Shown: piece after piece, positions 39,558-49,728 of the stretch | Position numbering within the stretch: the first letter of the stretch is position 1 | Layout of the letters: the number at the start of each line of letters is the position of its first letter | DNA from: Deltaproteobacteria bacterium TL4 | Lineage (GTDB): Bacteria > SAR324 > NAC60-12 | NCBI GenBank assembly: GCA_051382335.1 | Contig: JBBCAX010000121.1 | Span: 20,683-84,682 of the forward strand | DNA: 64,000 bases | Direction: 5' to 3' | Made by a program: the position numbers and the translations under genes | Notes under the pieces: generated by a model | The model's input: the letters and a program-made list of their open reading frames with translations, nothing else | Database searches by the model: none | What the model was told of the DNA's origin: nothing

Positions 39558-40488
39558 CTTCCTGGTTTTCTGTAAAATCTTCTACATTCCAATACAAATG
39601 AAATGAAAATTTAAGATACAAAGGAAAAGGCTCAAAAGACGGGTGCTCCTGGTTGTTATCTTCCACAACGAATTTAAAAGATAAAAGCGGATTCGTGGTA
39701 CCAAAACTGATGTATTTTTCCGCATGGTTGATAGTCATGGGGACTTCAATAGCACTGGGTCGTCCTGTAAAGTTAAAAGGAACATACTTTGCTTTGAACC
39801 CTCCCCAAATCTGGTTCATTAACTCTCTAAGTAAATCCTCTGTATATTTCGCTATTTTTCCATCATTTCTAGGGAATGAGGTTTTTCCGGCCAGAACAAG
39901 ATTGTCAACGTCGGAACTGTTGGATTGTAACATCATCACCCCCTCACACCAACTACTGCGAACAGGCATCAATTCAATACGCTCGCCAAAAATACGTTTA
40001 TCGGAGGCCAGAAAGGTATTGAGTGTGCAGACATGGACATCATGAAAACGAGATTGAATCGCATCTACGACAATTTCTCTCAAATGTTCAACCAAGCCTT
40101 CCGGATAAATTCTGTCAAAAATATACTGCTGCAACATCTGACCCAAGGATTCAAAGTCATTGGTTTTATAAAATCGAACGCTAGCTCCAGGCTCTTGCTG
40201 AAGATACGCCTCTTGCCATTCTGGATCATCACAGCGGATAAATAGCGGAATTTCAGGATAAGTATGAGTGATTTCACTGATGATTTTGCGTTTTGCCCCC
40301 TTAGGATCACAAAGCAATATTCCACCAATGTTGATATTTTGCTTTAAAGTTTTTATCAACTTGTTGATATGAGTCACCATTACCCCTTTCAAGTTGTATT
40401 GATGACAGAACGCTATCAACCCTTCCCGATGAGTTTCATTGCACTCATAGGTTAATAATTTACTTTCAATGAATAATTGATCTCTCAT
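39517..40488 (-). CDS. CheX-like phosphatase-domain protein with N-terminal degenerate receiver-like region
   Basis: GVMMLQS and EDLLRELMNQIWGGFK (E-x-x-N) and IEVP. Confidence 0.65.
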   Translation of the reverse strand: MRDQLFIESKLLTYECNETHREGLIAFCHQYNLKGVMVTHINKLIKTLKQNINIGGILLCDPKGAKRKIISEITHTYPEIPLFIRCDDPEWQEAYLQQEPGASVRFYKTNDFESLGQMLQQYIFDRIYPEGLVEHLREIVVDAIQSRFHDVHVCTLNTFLASDKRIFGERIELMPVRSSWCEGVMMLQSNSSDVDNLVLAGKTSFPRNDGKIAKYTEDLLRELMNQIWGGFKAKYVPFNFTGRPSAIEVPMTINHAEKYISFGTTNPLLSFKFVVEDNNQEHPSFEPFPLYLKFSFHLYWNVEDFTENQEVENMVEAGELEFF

Positions 40489-40742
40489 ATTCTATCCCCG
40501 GTTCTGATGTTTAATACTACTACTTTGTTTGCATTCTTAATGCATATAGCCTATAAAAATATAAACGTCTATACTGTTTTTGAGGTTCGAGCCTATTTTC
40601 GTCTCTCAAATCATTCCCCTCAAAAGCATTGGACAACCTGCTTCAAAACGGTTTAAAACGGGGCCCCTATTTTTTGATGTTGGGATATGAAGAACAATTG
40701 GAATAGAAACGAAGGGGGGGGGGAATCTTGGGGAAAATACGT

Positions 40743-41213
40743 TTACTGATTAAGGCGTCTTTCAAGTGCAACGTCTACTTCTGATTGGATGTAGTCGGGA
40801 TCTAAACCTAACAGGGGGCCAATTTCGTTGATATAATCTTCTTCAATAAAACTTAGTTCCTCTTCAATAACAACAAACTTTAACATGATTTTAAAAATAC
40901 TTTGCCTTAATTCAAGGCTTAAGGCTGAGAGAATAGATAATTCTTCAACAAAAATATCGGGACTATACAAACCTTTTAAAAAGCGCCGAAACGCATCACC
41001 ATGCTTTAAGGAAAACGGCTGCAAGGTTTCCTCAATAATCTTCCGCTCCTCATCGTCAATCACACCATCAATAGCAACAGCTTTTGACAAAACCTTGTAG
41101 AACCAGTTAATGATAATTTCTAGATTTGAATGAAGCCCGGAGTTTGCCTGAGCCTCAACATCAAGCTGAGAAAACATCTTTTCAATATCCTGACCCACAT
41201 TATTTTTCAACAT
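40743..41213 (-). CDS. TerB-like domain protein
   Basis: AVAIDGVIDDEE and ELSFIEEDYINEIGPLLGL duplicated TerB-like motifs. Confidence 0.65.
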   Translation of the reverse strand: MLKNNVGQDIEKMFSQLDVEAQANSGLHSNLEIIINWFYKVLSKAVAIDGVIDDEERKIIEETLQPFSLKHGDAFRRFLKGLYSPDIFVEELSILSALSLELRQSIFKIMLKFVVIEEELSFIEEDYINEIGPLLGLDPDYIQSEVDVALERRLNQ

Positions 41214-41268
41214 AACTTCCCAATCCTATCGAAGATGAGTTTCTGTTTCCCTCTTTGACCTCATCCAA

Positions 41269-41743
41269 TCAGTTGGAAGAGGATAAACCCCGAGCTTCAT
41301 ACTCACAAAATTTAATCAAAAGCTGAGCATCTTTATGTTGTGTAAGGTAAGCTCGTGCAGCAAGAAAAATAGCCACTACTGAAATCAAAAGAGTCACATC
41401 ATAAAAGGCTCCATGCCAAAGATAGTACCCCAGAAGTACACAGGCAAAAACAACGCCAACGACACTCAAATAGAGATAATTATCATAGGTGTTCTGGATT
41501 TTTTCTATTTTTAATCATGTACTTAGAGAGACGCCTCATAATTGTCTCTAAAACCGGTAATTCACGGATATTTTTTATCCTTGTTTAACGGGCATTTACG
41601 GGCACCCCAAAATCTGGATTTTAACCAACTGATTATAAATAATAAAAATCCCGAACACCTATGAGATAATTATTTACATTACGAATTTGTCGCTTCAAAA
41701 ACTTTTCTTGCCGAAGCGTTAACTCTGTTTTGTATTCCAACAT
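41269..41743 (-). pseudogene. small two-TM membrane protein gene interrupted by MITE family D
   Basis: Removing 41484-41663 plus one TSD joins MLEYKTELTLRQEKFLKRQIRNVNNYLY in frame to LSVVGVVF...SSN (94 aa). Confidence 0.8.
41484..41663. mobile_element. MITE family D (180 bp), IS4-like ends
   Basis: TIR CATAGGTGTTCTGGATTTTT / AAAAATCCCGAACACCTATG; 10-bp TSD AGATAATTAT at 41474-41483 and 41664-41673. Confidence 0.92.
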
Positions 41744-42171
41744 AGTATTCCTAATCATAAAGAAATCAAAAATCAGTCATGCTACGCTCCACTGACTTTT
41801 TATCAAGGGGTGTGAGATCCCTCAGTCAAGGATATGCGCGACATCTATTAAGATAACAATCATTGGCGACGATAACACTAATCGTCAGGTGAGTCAATTT
41901 TGAAGATAAAGATTAATGAATATTTATTTACTGAATTAAATAACGTGTTTGCCCGCTTCGCTTAGACAAACGGACAATCTCTTCTGAATAAAAGGATTCA
42001 GCGCAACAAGAGCCCGCTCCAGGAAAGCGAATCCGTAAAGCCTTACAGATCAACATGGAAAACGCCAAGGAGGATATTTTTGACTAAAGCCTAGGTCCTC
42101 CCCTTTGCGGTTAAAAGAGGAAGTTATAAAAGACGAATACTTCCTCTCTGTATTTTCTTAAGGTTTTGCTG

Positions 42172-42729
42172 CTATTTCTTAGTGGCTTCTGATGCCGGTT
42201 TAGCGGTCGGTTTAGCGGTCGGTTTAGCGGCTGGCTTTTTTTCTGGAGCTGGCGTTGCAACCTCTGCTGATTTTTCTGATGCAGCCTTTGAATCATCTTT
42301 CAAAGATGCAGGCAATAAAGAAGAAATTTTTTCCCCCAACTCTTCAAACTTCGCATCCAGTCGAGATTCAATTTCGGTAATGAAGTTTTTCGCACTTTTT
42401 TCAATCTCAGAGACATATTTATTCACATTGAGTTTTTCTTCTAATTGAGTAGTCAATTTTTTAGTACTTTTTTCAAACTCAACGATATATTTTTTGGCAT
42501 CAAGCTTTTCCTCAATTTGATTGGTCAATTTTTTAGTACTTTTCTCGAGCTCAGCAATATATTTTCTCACATCCAATTTTTCTTCCAATTGGGTAGCAAA
42601 TCTCTTGGTGCTTTTTTCAATCTCATCAATGTACTTTTTTGTATCCAATTTTTCTTCAACTTGAGTTGCGATTCTTTCCGTAGCGTCTTTAAGCGAGTCC
42701 GCTATCTTTTTCGTATCTATCTTTTTCAT
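42172..42729 (-). CDS. 24-aa amphipathic repeat protein with AKP-rich tail (phasin/PhaF-like architecture)
   Basis: Five repeats of type EEKLDxxKYIxExEKSTKKxxxQL; tail KPAAKPTAKPTAKPA; GAGG RBS. Confidence 0.75.
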   Translation of the reverse strand: MKKIDTKKIADSLKDATERIATQVEEKLDTKKYIDEIEKSTKRFATQLEEKLDVRKYIAELEKSTKKLTNQIEEKLDAKKYIVEFEKSTKKLTTQLEEKLNVNKYVSEIEKSAKNFITEIESRLDAKFEELGEKISSLLPASLKDDSKAASEKSAEVATPAPEKKPAAKPTAKPTAKPASEATKK

Positions 42730-42885
42730 GGGACCTCAATGAACTGTTGACAAATGGAGAGTTGTATTCAATTAAGAACAATTTCCAAACACACTACACT
42801 TTCCAATATCACAAAGTTTTAATGATTAACAGTACAAATTTTGCTAAATTAAAGGATATTTTCATTTTTTTCATTTTAAAAAAAC

Positions 42886-43290
42886 TTCTATCCAGTAGAT
42901 GGAGAAATCGAACGCTTCCACTTTGAGACGTGGAGCCGAGTGAATGCCGAGGGGGAGGAAATTTATAAAGGAAAGGAACTGTTTGAGCCTCCGCGGGGAG
43001 AGGAAAAGTATCGTACCCAAGGCTTCCGGGAAGTGGCACTGATCTATGGAAGTTGTGAGGATTCCTATCGCGAAACAACCGCCTTGATCAATTGGATACG
43101 CTATCAACTTGAAGACGGAACTCCGGAGCGAACACTCCGGGATAATACGGAAAAGGAGGGGCGACACCTTCAGGCCTACCTGGAGGAAAAAACCCATACG
43201 CTTTTAGAGCAATTTTTCCTGGCGTTCCCAACTCACGGTGATTCTGGACTGGTTTCACCTGGAGAATTAGCAATAAATTTTGATTTTTAA
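42886..43290 (+). pseudogene. probable transposase fragment
   Basis: Open frame without a proper start; SYRETTALIN..TPERTLRD helix-turn-helix-like pattern reminiscent of ISKra4/ISLre2-type N-termini; family uncertain. Confidence 0.45.
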
Positions 43291-43353
43291 ATTGGAGGTT
43301 CCATCCATGGTGTCATTGGCCCTTAGGTTGCATGTAAAAAACACTTTAATCTG

Positions 43354-43470
43354 GTCAGGTATAGCTGTCCAGGAAAGTTTTTTCCCTGGGAGCGAGGGCA
43401 TCTTGCCCTCACCGGAGGGCGGGACGCCCTCGCTCCCAAGACAAAACTTATCTTGAGCACTATACCCGAC
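43354..43470. mobile_element. MITE-like element family E with internal palindromic doublet
   Basis: Outer imperfect IR GTCAGGTATAGCTGTCCAGGAAAGTTTT / AAAACTTATCTTGAGCACTATACCCGAC; inner TGGGAGCGAGGGCATCTTGCCCTC ... GAGGGCGGGACGCCCTCGCTCCCA. Confidence 0.65.
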
Positions 43471-43488
43471 TTTGCCATAAACGGATAG

Positions 43489-44265
43489 ATGAACAAAGCA
43501 ATAGTTCCAATCATTAAAGAAGCCAAAGCCCGACTGCTAAGAATGCACTACGAAAGTGGTGTGGGTCATATTGGAGGGAATCTTTCCGCGTTAGACGCGA
43601 TGCTGGTCTTGCATCATCAGGTGATGCAAGCGGAGGATGAATTTATTTTATCCAAGGGGCATTCTGCAGGTGCCTTATATGTGACCCTCTGGACTTTAGG
43701 AAAAATCACAGAAGAACAACTGGTGCAATTCCATCAGGAGGAAACAAAATTGGCGGGACATCCCGTCGCGGGATGGTTGCCTGAAATCGCCTTTGCGACA
43801 GGAAGCCTAGGGCATGGATTTTCTCTGGCAGCAGGTGTTGCGCTGGCAAAACGTTTGAAAAATGAAGCGGGACGTGTTTTTTGTTTGACTTCAGATGGGG
43901 AATGGGAGGAAGGTTCCACTTGGGAAGCGTTGATCTTTGCCGCACATCATCAACTTTCCAACCTCAGTATTCTGATTGATGCCAATCGTTTACAAGGTTT
44001 TGGCTCAACCACGGAAGTCGCGTCCCTGGAACCTCTCAGCAAAAAATTATCAGGTTTTGATATTAAGCTTTGGGAACTCGATGGTCATGATCCTTTAAGC
44101 TTAAAAAATAAATTAAAAAAACAAGCTGCTAAACCGCAGGTATTTCTTTTGAATACCATCAAGGGGCATGGTGTGTCTTTCATGGAAAATCAAATGAAAT
44201 GGCATTATTTACCTTTATCTGAAGCCCTTTATCATCAAGCATTACTAGATATTGAAAAAGCATGA
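43489..44265 (+). CDS. transketolase-like protein, N-terminal (ThDP-binding) subunit
   Basis: GHIGG, LSKGH, TGSLGHG, SDGEWEEG...DAN, TIKGHG..WHY. Confidence 0.92.
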   Translation: MNKAIVPIIKEAKARLLRMHYESGVGHIGGNLSALDAMLVLHHQVMQAEDEFILSKGHSAGALYVTLWTLGKITEEQLVQFHQEETKLAGHPVAGWLPEIAFATGSLGHGFSLAAGVALAKRLKNEAGRVFCLTSDGEWEEGSTWEALIFAAHHQLSNLSILIDANRLQGFGSTTEVASLEPLSKKLSGFDIKLWELDGHDPLSLKNKLKKQAAKPQVFLLNTIKGHGVSFMENQMKWHYLPLSEALYHQALLDIEKA

Positions 44266-45176
44266 GAAACGTTCTGTGTTCAAGTTTGATCAAGCTTTAT
44301 CAGGCGACGCCCTTTGTCTTCATGACCGGAGATTTGGGCTTTAACGCACTGGAACCTCTTCGTGAGATCATGGGTGAGTTTTTCATTAATGCTGGGATTG
44401 CAGAACAAAACATGCTTTCTGTGGCAGCGGGACTCAGTAAAAAAGAAATGCAAACCTGGGTTTATAGCATTGCTCCTTTTTGTTATGCTCGTCCTTATGA
44501 ACAAATTCGGAATGACATTGCGCTTCATCACTTAGCGGTGAAAATCATTGGCAATGGCGGCGGATATGGTTACGGGGTGATGGGGGCGACTCATCATGCT
44601 ATTGAGGATTATGGGGTATTATTGACCTTACAGCATTTTCACGCGTTTGTACCTGCTTTCGCTGAGGATGTGGATCCCCTCATCAAAAAAATGAGTCTGC
44701 TTCAAAATCCATCTTACCTCCGGCTTGGTCGTTGTGAAAGGCCCCAAACCATGGAGGTCTCACCGTATCAGTCCTGGCGTAAACTGCTCCACGGAAAGGG
44801 GCCTGTGGTTGTGATTCTCGGCCCCCTCGCCGGAAGCTTGTTGTCATCATTCCTCACTTTAGAACTCGAACAGCGTCCTGAAGTCTGGGTTGTCACGGAA
44901 ATTCCGCTGTCCTCATATCCTCCACCCGTTGAATTCCGTCGCAGCCTTGAACGAGTAAAACGCCTATGCGTGGTTGAGGAACATGTCGCACACGGAGGGT
45001 TGGGCGAAATGTTGGCCCATTGGGTGTTACTCCAGGGAATATCAATCGAGAACTATAAACACCTTCATGCTCAAGGATATCCCTCTGGAAATTATGGCTC
45101 ACAGCGATTTCATCGTAAAGAATCAGGAATCGATCCTGAAAGTGTTATCAATCAATTGAGAGCAATGGAAGCATAA
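44262..45176 (+). CDS. transketolase-like protein, C-terminal subunit
   Basis: NAGIAEQNM, RPYEQIRND, GATHHAIED, YLRL, VEEH...GGLG; ATGA overlap. Confidence 0.92.
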   Translation: MRNVLCSSLIKLYQATPFVFMTGDLGFNALEPLREIMGEFFINAGIAEQNMLSVAAGLSKKEMQTWVYSIAPFCYARPYEQIRNDIALHHLAVKIIGNGGGYGYGVMGATHHAIEDYGVLLTLQHFHAFVPAFAEDVDPLIKKMSLLQNPSYLRLGRCERPQTMEVSPYQSWRKLLHGKGPVVVILGPLAGSLLSSFLTLELEQRPEVWVVTEIPLSSYPPPVEFRRSLERVKRLCVVEEHVAHGGLGEMLAHWVLLQGISIENYKHLHAQGYPSGNYGSQRFHRKESGIDPESVINQLRAMEA

Positions 45177-47146
45177 TGGAAGGTTGGAATCAAAAGGTTC
45201 AAAAACTACAAGGTCCTGTACTCATATTGGGAGCCAGCGGGTTCATTGGCGCAAACCTCATGCGGACCTTATTTTCTATCCGCTCCGATGTCTTTGGAAC
45301 GGCATCGTGCTTTCCGGCATGGCGTTTGGAGGGGCTGCCTGAAAAAAATGTTCTGGCCATGGATTTGCTGGTTGAAACCAATCTGACCAATGTTTTAAAT
45401 TTTGTCCAACCCCGAACCATCTTCAATTGTGTCGCCTATGGAGGTTATTCTTTTCAAAAGGATGTGCCTCACATCTATCAAACGAATATGAATTTTACCG
45501 TACAACTGGTGGAGCAACTCTGTCACCGTACAAGGACATGGTTTATTCATGCGGGAAGTTCTTCCGAGTATGGCGATTACGCGACACATCCCCCGGAAAG
45601 TACGTCATTAACGCCCAATAGTCATTATTCTGTGGCGAAAGGAGCTTCATCGAGTTTGATCTACTATGCGGGGAAAAAGCTAGGACTTCCCTGTGCTAAT
45701 TTACGTCTGTATTCAGTCTATGGTCCACTTGAAGATGCCTCCCGACTGATTCCAACTTTGATTGATAAAGGGAAACAGGGACTCTATCCTCCATTGGTTC
45801 ATCCTGATATTTCAAGAGATTTTATTTATATTGAGGATGTCTGTGAAGCCTTTGTCAATGCCGCCTTATATCTTAAAGAAGTAAACTATGGGGACTCTTT
45901 CAATATTGGGACAGGCGTTAAAACAACGATTTCTGACGTTGCGTTCTTGAGTAAAGACCTTTTCAAAATTGAAAAGCCTCCTCTTTTTGAATCCATGGAA
46001 GACCGGAAGTGGGATGTTTCTGAATGGTATGCCAACCCTGACAAAGCAAAGACCTGCCTCTCATGGAAGGCTAAAACCTCTTTGAAGGACGGTTTGCTTA
46101 GGACGATAGAATGGTTTGAGCAAATAGAAAATCTCGAACGTTATCGCCGGAGTTCAAAACAGTTTGGCCTGGATACAACGCATAGTATCTCCGCAATTAT
46201 TGCCTGCTATAAAGACGCGCAGGCCCTTCCCATTATGTATGAACGATTAGTCCATGTTTTTGAAAAATTAGGGGTGGATTACGAAATTATTTTTGTGAAT
46301 GATAACAGTCCGGATGATAGCGAAGCTGTGATTCGGGAATTAAGTCGCAATAATCGTAGAGTCATCGGCATCAGTCACTCCCGCAATTTTGGGTCCCAGT
46401 CCGCATTTCGAAGTGGTATGGAAATTTCCAGCAAAAACGCGTGTGTTCTGCTCGACGGGGATTTACAAGACCCTCCTGAAGTGATTGAGTCTTTTGTGGA
46501 AAAATGGAAAGAAGGCTATGACGTGATCTATGGTCGCCGTGTTCAAAGAGAGGCTCCTCGTTATATGCAAGTTGCTTATAAATTGTTTTATAGAATTTTT
46601 AGTAAATTTTCTTATATTGACATTCCCAAAGACGCGGGTGATTTTTCTTTGATTGATAAACGTGTGGTTCGTTGTTTAATTCAATTTCCTGAACGGGATC
46701 TTTTTTTAAGAGGGATTCGCGCCTTTGCGGGATTTAAACAAGTGGGTGTGGACTACAAAAGACCTGAGCGCATGTTTGGAACAAGTACCAACAATTTATT
46801 GAAAAACATAGGTTGGGCAAAAAAAGGAATTTTATCATTCACCAATACGCCCTTGAATATCCTGAGTTCCGTGGGTATTCTCCTGTTTAGCCTTTCAATG
46901 TTATTGCTCGTTTTTCAAACGGTTATGAAGTTACTCATTCCTGAGTTTGCGCCTGCGGGAGTTACCACCCTGATTTTACTGATCACCTTTTTTGGTTCTA
47001 TTAATCTTTTTGCCGCGAGCTTGTTAGGAGAGTATATTGCCAAAATTTTTGAAGAGGTCAAACGTCGTCCTCATTTTATTCGAAGAAGTATCATTCGAGA
47101 TGGAACCATCCGAGACGCGTCAGAGGATGTTCGACACTATAAATAA
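45176..47146 (+). CDS. fusion of NAD-dependent epimerase/reductase and polyprenyl-phosphate glycosyltransferase (GT2, GtrB/ArnC-like)
   Basis: GASGFIG, GSSSEYG, YSVAK; then FVNDNSPD, SRNFG, DGDLQDPPE, DAGDFSL, two TM helices, GEYIAKIFEEVKRRP. Confidence 0.9.
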   Translation: MEGWNQKVQKLQGPVLILGASGFIGANLMRTLFSIRSDVFGTASCFPAWRLEGLPEKNVLAMDLLVETNLTNVLNFVQPRTIFNCVAYGGYSFQKDVPHIYQTNMNFTVQLVEQLCHRTRTWFIHAGSSSEYGDYATHPPESTSLTPNSHYSVAKGASSSLIYYAGKKLGLPCANLRLYSVYGPLEDASRLIPTLIDKGKQGLYPPLVHPDISRDFIYIEDVCEAFVNAALYLKEVNYGDSFNIGTGVKTTISDVAFLSKDLFKIEKPPLFESMEDRKWDVSEWYANPDKAKTCLSWKAKTSLKDGLLRTIEWFEQIENLERYRRSSKQFGLDTTHSISAIIACYKDAQALPIMYERLVHVFEKLGVDYEIIFVNDNSPDDSEAVIRELSRNNRRVIGISHSRNFGSQSAFRSGMEISSKNACVLLDGDLQDPPEVIESFVEKWKEGYDVIYGRRVQREAPRYMQVAYKLFYRIFSKFSYIDIPKDAGDFSLIDKRVVRCLIQFPERDLFLRGIRAFAGFKQVGVDYKRPERMFGTSTNNLLKNIGWAKKGILSFTNTPLNILSSVGILLFSLSMLLLVFQTVMKLLIPEFAPAGVTTLILLITFFGSINLFAASLLGEYIAKIFEEVKRRPHFIRRSIIRDGTIRDASEDVRHYK

Positions 47147-47164
47147 TGATCCAGAAGGCTTCCC

Positions 47165-48115
47165 ATGAAACTTTTTGACCGGGCCTGTCCAGTCTGTCAT
47201 TCCACTGAAACGTCCAAGGTGCTGCTAGACGCTCATTTTGATTTTGAGCAACTGGATCCGTTTGCGTTTGCGTCCAGGAAAATACCAGAATACATGCATT
47301 TCCGCATGGTTTGCTGTCCAACCTGTGATTTGCTCTACGCCACCCCCGCACCTACAGAAGAAGGGTTGGGAGCAGAATATGAACAAGCCGCTTACGATAG
47401 CACTGTTGAAGCCGCTTACGCGGCAAAAACCTATGCCCATTATTTGAAACAGGTTTTAAAAAATCTTTCTCATGTTGAGAGTGCTCTTGATATTGGGACA
47501 GGAAACGGAGCGTTTTTAAAATATCTAAAAGCCCACTTCAAACAAGTTGAGGGCATAGAACCTTCTTTAGCTCCGATTGAAGCCGCACTACCGGAGATAC
47601 GCCCTCTAATCAAACATGGCTTGTTTGACGCGCAAAATTTCAAAAATGAAAGCTTTAGTTTGATTACCTGTTTTCAAACCATCGAACATGTTTTTCAGCC
47701 GGAGCGTTTATGTCGAGAGATCCATTCACTGTTAAAACCTGGAGGCGCTGTGATGTTTATCGCGCATAACTATCGTTCCCTGTTAGCCAGAATTCTAGGA
47801 TCCAAAACGCCTATTTATGATATCGAGCACATGCAGTTAAACTCGCCACAAAGCTTACACTACCTGTTGCGGCAAACAGGTTTTCAACACATCCGCATCT
47901 TCAGTGTCACCAATCGGTATCCCTTAAATTACTGGGTAAAATTACTGCCCATCGCTCTCAGTGTTAAAAAGAAATTAATTTCCCTGTTAGACACACTCCA
48001 TTTAGGCTCCATTCCCATCCCTATGAAAGTGGGTAACCTTGGGGCCTTTGGATATAAACAGAGCGAATTGATAGCTACTGAAGAAGGCGAAGAAACTCAA
48101 TCCAAGCGATTATAA
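47165..48115 (+). CDS. class I SAM-dependent methyltransferase with N-terminal CxxC pairs
   Basis: CPVC and CPTC, LDIGTGNG, GIEPS, FQTIEH. Confidence 0.88.
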   Translation: MKLFDRACPVCHSTETSKVLLDAHFDFEQLDPFAFASRKIPEYMHFRMVCCPTCDLLYATPAPTEEGLGAEYEQAAYDSTVEAAYAAKTYAHYLKQVLKNLSHVESALDIGTGNGAFLKYLKAHFKQVEGIEPSLAPIEAALPEIRPLIKHGLFDAQNFKNESFSLITCFQTIEHVFQPERLCREIHSLLKPGGAVMFIAHNYRSLLARILGSKTPIYDIEHMQLNSPQSLHYLLRQTGFQHIRIFSVTNRYPLNYWVKLLPIALSVKKKLISLLDTLHLGSIPIPMKVGNLGAFGYKQSELIATEEGEETQSKRL

Positions 48116-49692
48116 CTCTCACTGACAAAAACCTCACAATCAGGGCCAAAATCACCATAATGGATCATACTGTTTTTGCTGATAATCTCCCGTATTCCAG
48201 GATCATAGGAAAAGGCGATACTGCAGAAATTATAAATATCTTGTTTCATCGTATGTCCTAGATATCCGTCATTTTGGGTTCTATCTTGGTTGTTCAAAAA
48301 GGACATCACTATAAAAAAAACAACGATGATTCCTGACACCAGGGTGATCTTGAATTTCAAGGGAGCAAATTCTTGATACAAAGCATAACTCGCATAAAGG
48401 AAGCCAAAAATTACTATCCAATCCACATAAATAATATACAGTGAACTATAGTACCTTAAATTAAAAAGGCCTTCGCCGAAAATTGGAATGATAAAGACCA
48501 TTAAAAGTTGTAAACTCACTTTAAGCTTTTTCTTCAGCAGAAAGATTCCGATTGAAATAAAAGTAAAGAGTGCCAAGAGGTGAATGGGAAAGGCTATTAA
48601 AGATTGTGGCGAGAAGTGTGATGACAAGCGTACACTGAACAAAGCATCCACTATTCTTTGCAATCCTCCCACATTTTCGCTCCCTGAATAGTTGGTAGCC
48701 CAAGTCACAAACTCTAAGATGGCTTGAATATTTTGCCACTCATACTGGATGTAATTCAAAAGATAAGCAGCACCAATCCCGTCAAACATCAAGGCTATAA
48801 AAAGTAAGAAGAGCCTGTTGGGAATCTGATAGAGAAATTTAAATAACAGCATCGCTCCAAGAAGATAGAGCAAGAGCAAAACCTGATAAGCATGGAAATT
48901 CTGGGGATGTAAGGCATGCCACACGACACCAAAAGGCACAACCCAACCAAAACCAATAATAACATCTACCCCCTTTTTAATAGTCCCATTACTGATTAAG
49001 TTGGATTGCTTCCATTGCTGAGCCAAAATCACCTTATCGGCAAACATCACTAAGATGCCAGGAAACATTAATGCCAGAATAATAGCTTGAATTTTTGTCA
49101 TGAAACTTAGCCATAGACAAAAGCTCGCAAAAAAGACCTTGATTTTCCAATGAGACCGAAGGGCACTCAATAAAAGAAACAACCCCAATACCAGTAAAAA
49201 AGTCCCAATCAATTCAGGACGAATGACTAAGGAATGGACCTGCATTTGCGAAACAGAGAGCATTGCGCCCGCAAGCAGCCCCATTCGAACCTCTTGAAAA
49301 AAATCAGTCACACACCAGGTAAAGATCAGAACAAATAATGAGCTTAGAAAGACCAGAACATAGCGACTGAAATAGATCGTTTGAGCAAAATCATTCATAA
49401 CATCGGAGCTTTGTTTGAGCTGGTCAATGCCAGACAACGGAATCATCCCTAAACTCTCTCCAATTTTCAGAGCGAACGCCAAGGTATAAAAAAGGATCTG
49501 ATCCGTGTGATTAAACATGGTTTGAGGATATCCTGAATTTAAACGAAGAGCCTGGTCAATAAACGTTGAATCACCGTCCGAGACATCAGTAAAAGGCGAA
49601 TGATAACCTCTTAAACTCGAAAAATAAACCGAAGGCAGACAGAGTAAAATAAGCAACAGCAGTATAATAACTTTACGCAAATTTAAGGTCAT
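48097..49692 (-). CDS. polytopic membrane protein, GT-C-like glycosyltransferase candidate
   Basis: About 12 TM segments, acidic loop after TM1 (DVSDGDS), IRPE motif, MTKIQ. Confidence 0.6.
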   Translation of the reverse strand: MTLNLRKVIILLLLILLCLPSVYFSSLRGYHSPFTDVSDGDSTFIDQALRLNSGYPQTMFNHTDQILFYTLAFALKIGESLGMIPLSGIDQLKQSSDVMNDFAQTIYFSRYVLVFLSSLFVLIFTWCVTDFFQEVRMGLLAGAMLSVSQMQVHSLVIRPELIGTFLLVLGLFLLLSALRSHWKIKVFFASFCLWLSFMTKIQAIILALMFPGILVMFADKVILAQQWKQSNLISNGTIKKGVDVIIGFGWVVPFGVVWHALHPQNFHAYQVLLLLYLLGAMLLFKFLYQIPNRLFLLFIALMFDGIGAAYLLNYIQYEWQNIQAILEFVTWATNYSGSENVGGLQRIVDALFSVRLSSHFSPQSLIAFPIHLLALFTFISIGIFLLKKKLKVSLQLLMVFIIPIFGEGLFNLRYYSSLYIIYVDWIVIFGFLYASYALYQEFAPLKFKITLVSGIIVVFFIVMSFLNNQDRTQNDGYLGHTMKQDIYNFCSIAFSYDPGIREIISKNSMIHYGDFGPDCEVFVSESYNRLD

Positions 49693-49728
49693 TCAAGCCC
49701 TCCAAACAATATTTCAAAAACTACTTTT

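Noticed and set aside
40714..40723. G10 tract as a phase-variation switch
   Set aside because: Intergenic, just past a stop codon, with no identifiable promoter elements around it.
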